Shown one piece after another: positions 61,508 through 64,000 of a stretch of 64,000 bases of DNA. The notes below the pieces were generated by a model. It worked only from the letters and a program-made list of their open reading frames with translations, was not told where the DNA came from and ran no database searches. Where the stretch lies: assembly GCA_028023455.1 (NCBI GenBank), contig JAQFVV010000006.1:10478001-10542000 (forward strand). The letters run 5' to 3'. The stretch is from Epiperipatus broadwayi (taxonomy: Eukaryota > Animalia > Onychophora). Position 1 is the first letter of the stretch, and each line of letters begins with the position of its first letter. A program made the translations under genes and the position numbers.

Positions 61508-64000
61508 ATAAATCATATAAAAATTGCATTGACGTGTATATGAGGAGGGTATATAGAATAGTTTGATACATATAAATATATTAAAAAAGATGCAAAGAAA
61601 AAGAAAAGAAGAGAAGAGTAATAATATATGTGTGTATATATATTATATATATCTAATTAAATTTTACTTGAAAATATATATTTGTTAATGGATGAAACAA
61701 TGGTTGTGGAAAATTTTTTGTAATTTTTTTTTGGGGGGGGGGCTAGTATTGTAATATTATATATATATTATTTATTATTACTAGTACAGCGGCAGGCGGT
61801 ATTTAATTGCATATTCAGATACATATAAATATTGGGCCAAATTGTAGCTATTAATTGATTGATTGATTGGTGAAACCATTATCTGCTCTAAAATGTATAT
61901 TTTGATCATCATCATCATTCTTATAAGAAGATCCACTTCACTTCATCGATTCTGTTATATATATTAAACATAATATGTAAATAAAATTTTGATACACGAA
62001 TAAAATAATAATAACAAACATTCTAATTTTTAAAAAAAAAAAATATTAGTATTTCATTATTATCTGCTGTAGTTTTAAACACCTGATTACCTAATGAATA
62101 CAGTTAAAAAGAAAATGTTCAAGCATAAAACTAAATTGAATGTAATTACATTCGTAATAGTTACGTAGCGTTACTTTTTCCACTCAAACTGATTTATTGA
62201 TGTAACGATATTCTTTAACAACAATAAAGAAATTATTAGACGATTTTAATTTACAGTTTAATTAATACAAATAATAATTTTCGCCCAATTTAAATATCTT
62301 AAACTCTTTTTATTGTTTAAATATAAAATGGGTTTCTGGGCTAAAATGCGATCACGTAGGTATAAAAGTAAATTAGAAACTAATATATAATAAAATATTG
62401 CTCTAAGAAAATATAGTAAGTATTTTTTCTTTTTTCTTTTTTTACATCATTTACCGCAATTTAATGTTGCTTTTAGATTAATTTAATACGTTCACTATTC
62501 TATCTATTTTCGTAATTACAGTCGTACTCCCTTTGAAGTAAAGAAATGATATCCAGGATTTATTTCTGGCTTGCCAATAATTTTAGTAAACGTATTAAAT
62601 TAGTTTTTCAAAGATCGTTCAGAAAAGTTTAACATTTATAGCTTCTTTTCTGCTATATATATGCTGATGCGTATACCGTAAACGTTAAGCGATCTAAAAT
62701 AGTCCCCCTGGTAAACAAAAAAATCTTTCCAATATCTCTTCATAAAGAAACAGTAATAAAAGCAATACGCATTTCTAAACACCCATTTACTGATCAATGT
62801 TGAATAGTTAGCTAGCTTATTTATAGCACGATTAACTGGGAAAAATTTTTTTAGCTTATTGGAATCTGAAATAATTGTCAACTTTTATCCAGCCTGAATT
62901 CAGTGTCGGGTCGTGAGAATATCAATTACCATTATATTATAAAACCGCTCTTTGGATGCGCGTGTGTGTGCGCATGAATATGTTAATATTTATTGAAGTA
63001 ATAAACTTTAAATGTATGGACTATAAAAATAATTTGCATGCCAGACTTTCTAAACTCATTTTATCCAACTCGAAAATAACAATCTCTCTTTTATCAATGT
63101 TAATCCATTAGTGGCCATTTTGATCTAACTTCCACATTAAATTATATGGATAATAAATTAATTATTGACATTTAAAGAAATGAAATATTATATTAGCAGG
63201 ACCTTCTTAAAGTCTCAATCGTTCCAGTTTTGGTAACAATTAATTAGTAAAGTCTTATAATTCTAATAACTCTGTAAATAAACAAAGTTATTAAATATGT
63301 AAGGTTGAGAATATATTATAATATGGTACTTGTGAACTTTCAAGTAAACCAAGATGGCAGCTGAGTTTCGAGGGTCCCCAAAAATGTTTACAAAATAATG
63401 CCTATTCAGAAAAGTCATATTTACATTTTATTTTTTGTTACTGTTATTTTTTTTTTAAAAAATCATTGTGGAAAAATTAATTACAATATTTTCAGTTTAT
63501 TTCCCTTTTTCTTTTTTGGATTATCTTATTAATAAAAAAATGTAAAAAATATATAAATACAATAATTACACATTATGCATATCAGCGATGTGGATTTATA
63601 TTGTGACCATTAATGCACATTTTTTGGGAGGGCAAGATTCCACACCTTTGTAAATAGTCCACTGCATCATGTTCTGTGACAGGGAGGTCGCAAATTTTTA
63701 TCATTATAACAATTTACCATAAAAGCTGCTAACAAAAGAAAACATGCTGAATTGAACCAAAATACAAGAATGTTGTATCTAGTCACTTACCACATTATAA
63801 TATAAGTAAAAAAAATTACAATAAAGCTTCTTAATGAAATTTATTAGAATTTATTTCTTTTTTAATTTAACAATCAATTTATTAAATTTGTTTTAATTTA
63901 ACAACTTACACATCTTCCCTTCCTTAGTTGTCAGTTCTTGAAACTGTATATTTTTCAAAAATATGGGCTGCCATCTTGATTACCAGAAAACTCATAAGTA

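Overview
Very AT-rich (roughly a quarter GC by eye) eukaryotic, most likely animal, genomic DNA dominated by retroelements; no prokaryotic operon or CRISPR signal. Main contents: (1) a nearly full-length but frameshifted RTE-type LINE (51.4-54.3 kb, minus), an older, heavily interrupted copy (0.1-5.0 kb), and 3' fragments of two other LINEs. (2) Fragments of two Penelope-like element (PLE) families with GIY-YIG endonuclease. (3) Several tRNA-derived SINE families, some in tandem arrays. (4) A ~3.5-3.7 kb block present three times (32.4-45.1 kb), each carrying one exon of an unknown Ser/Pro/Gln-rich, possibly secreted protein, a 40-bp-arm hairpin, a hammerhead ribozyme (HHR) and a PLE fold-back. 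The most striking unannotated layer is about 20 minimal type-I HHR motifs in at least six sequence families. Several have intact catalytic cores, covarying stems and palindromic stem III. They sit mostly in short non-coding elements that insert as inverted duplications with both 3' ends pointing outward and have variable-length target-site duplications (TSDs). These look like non-autonomous, PLE-mobilised, retrozyme-like elements, and one family has a tRNA-like Pol III head. All structures were read by eye; none was computed or tested.
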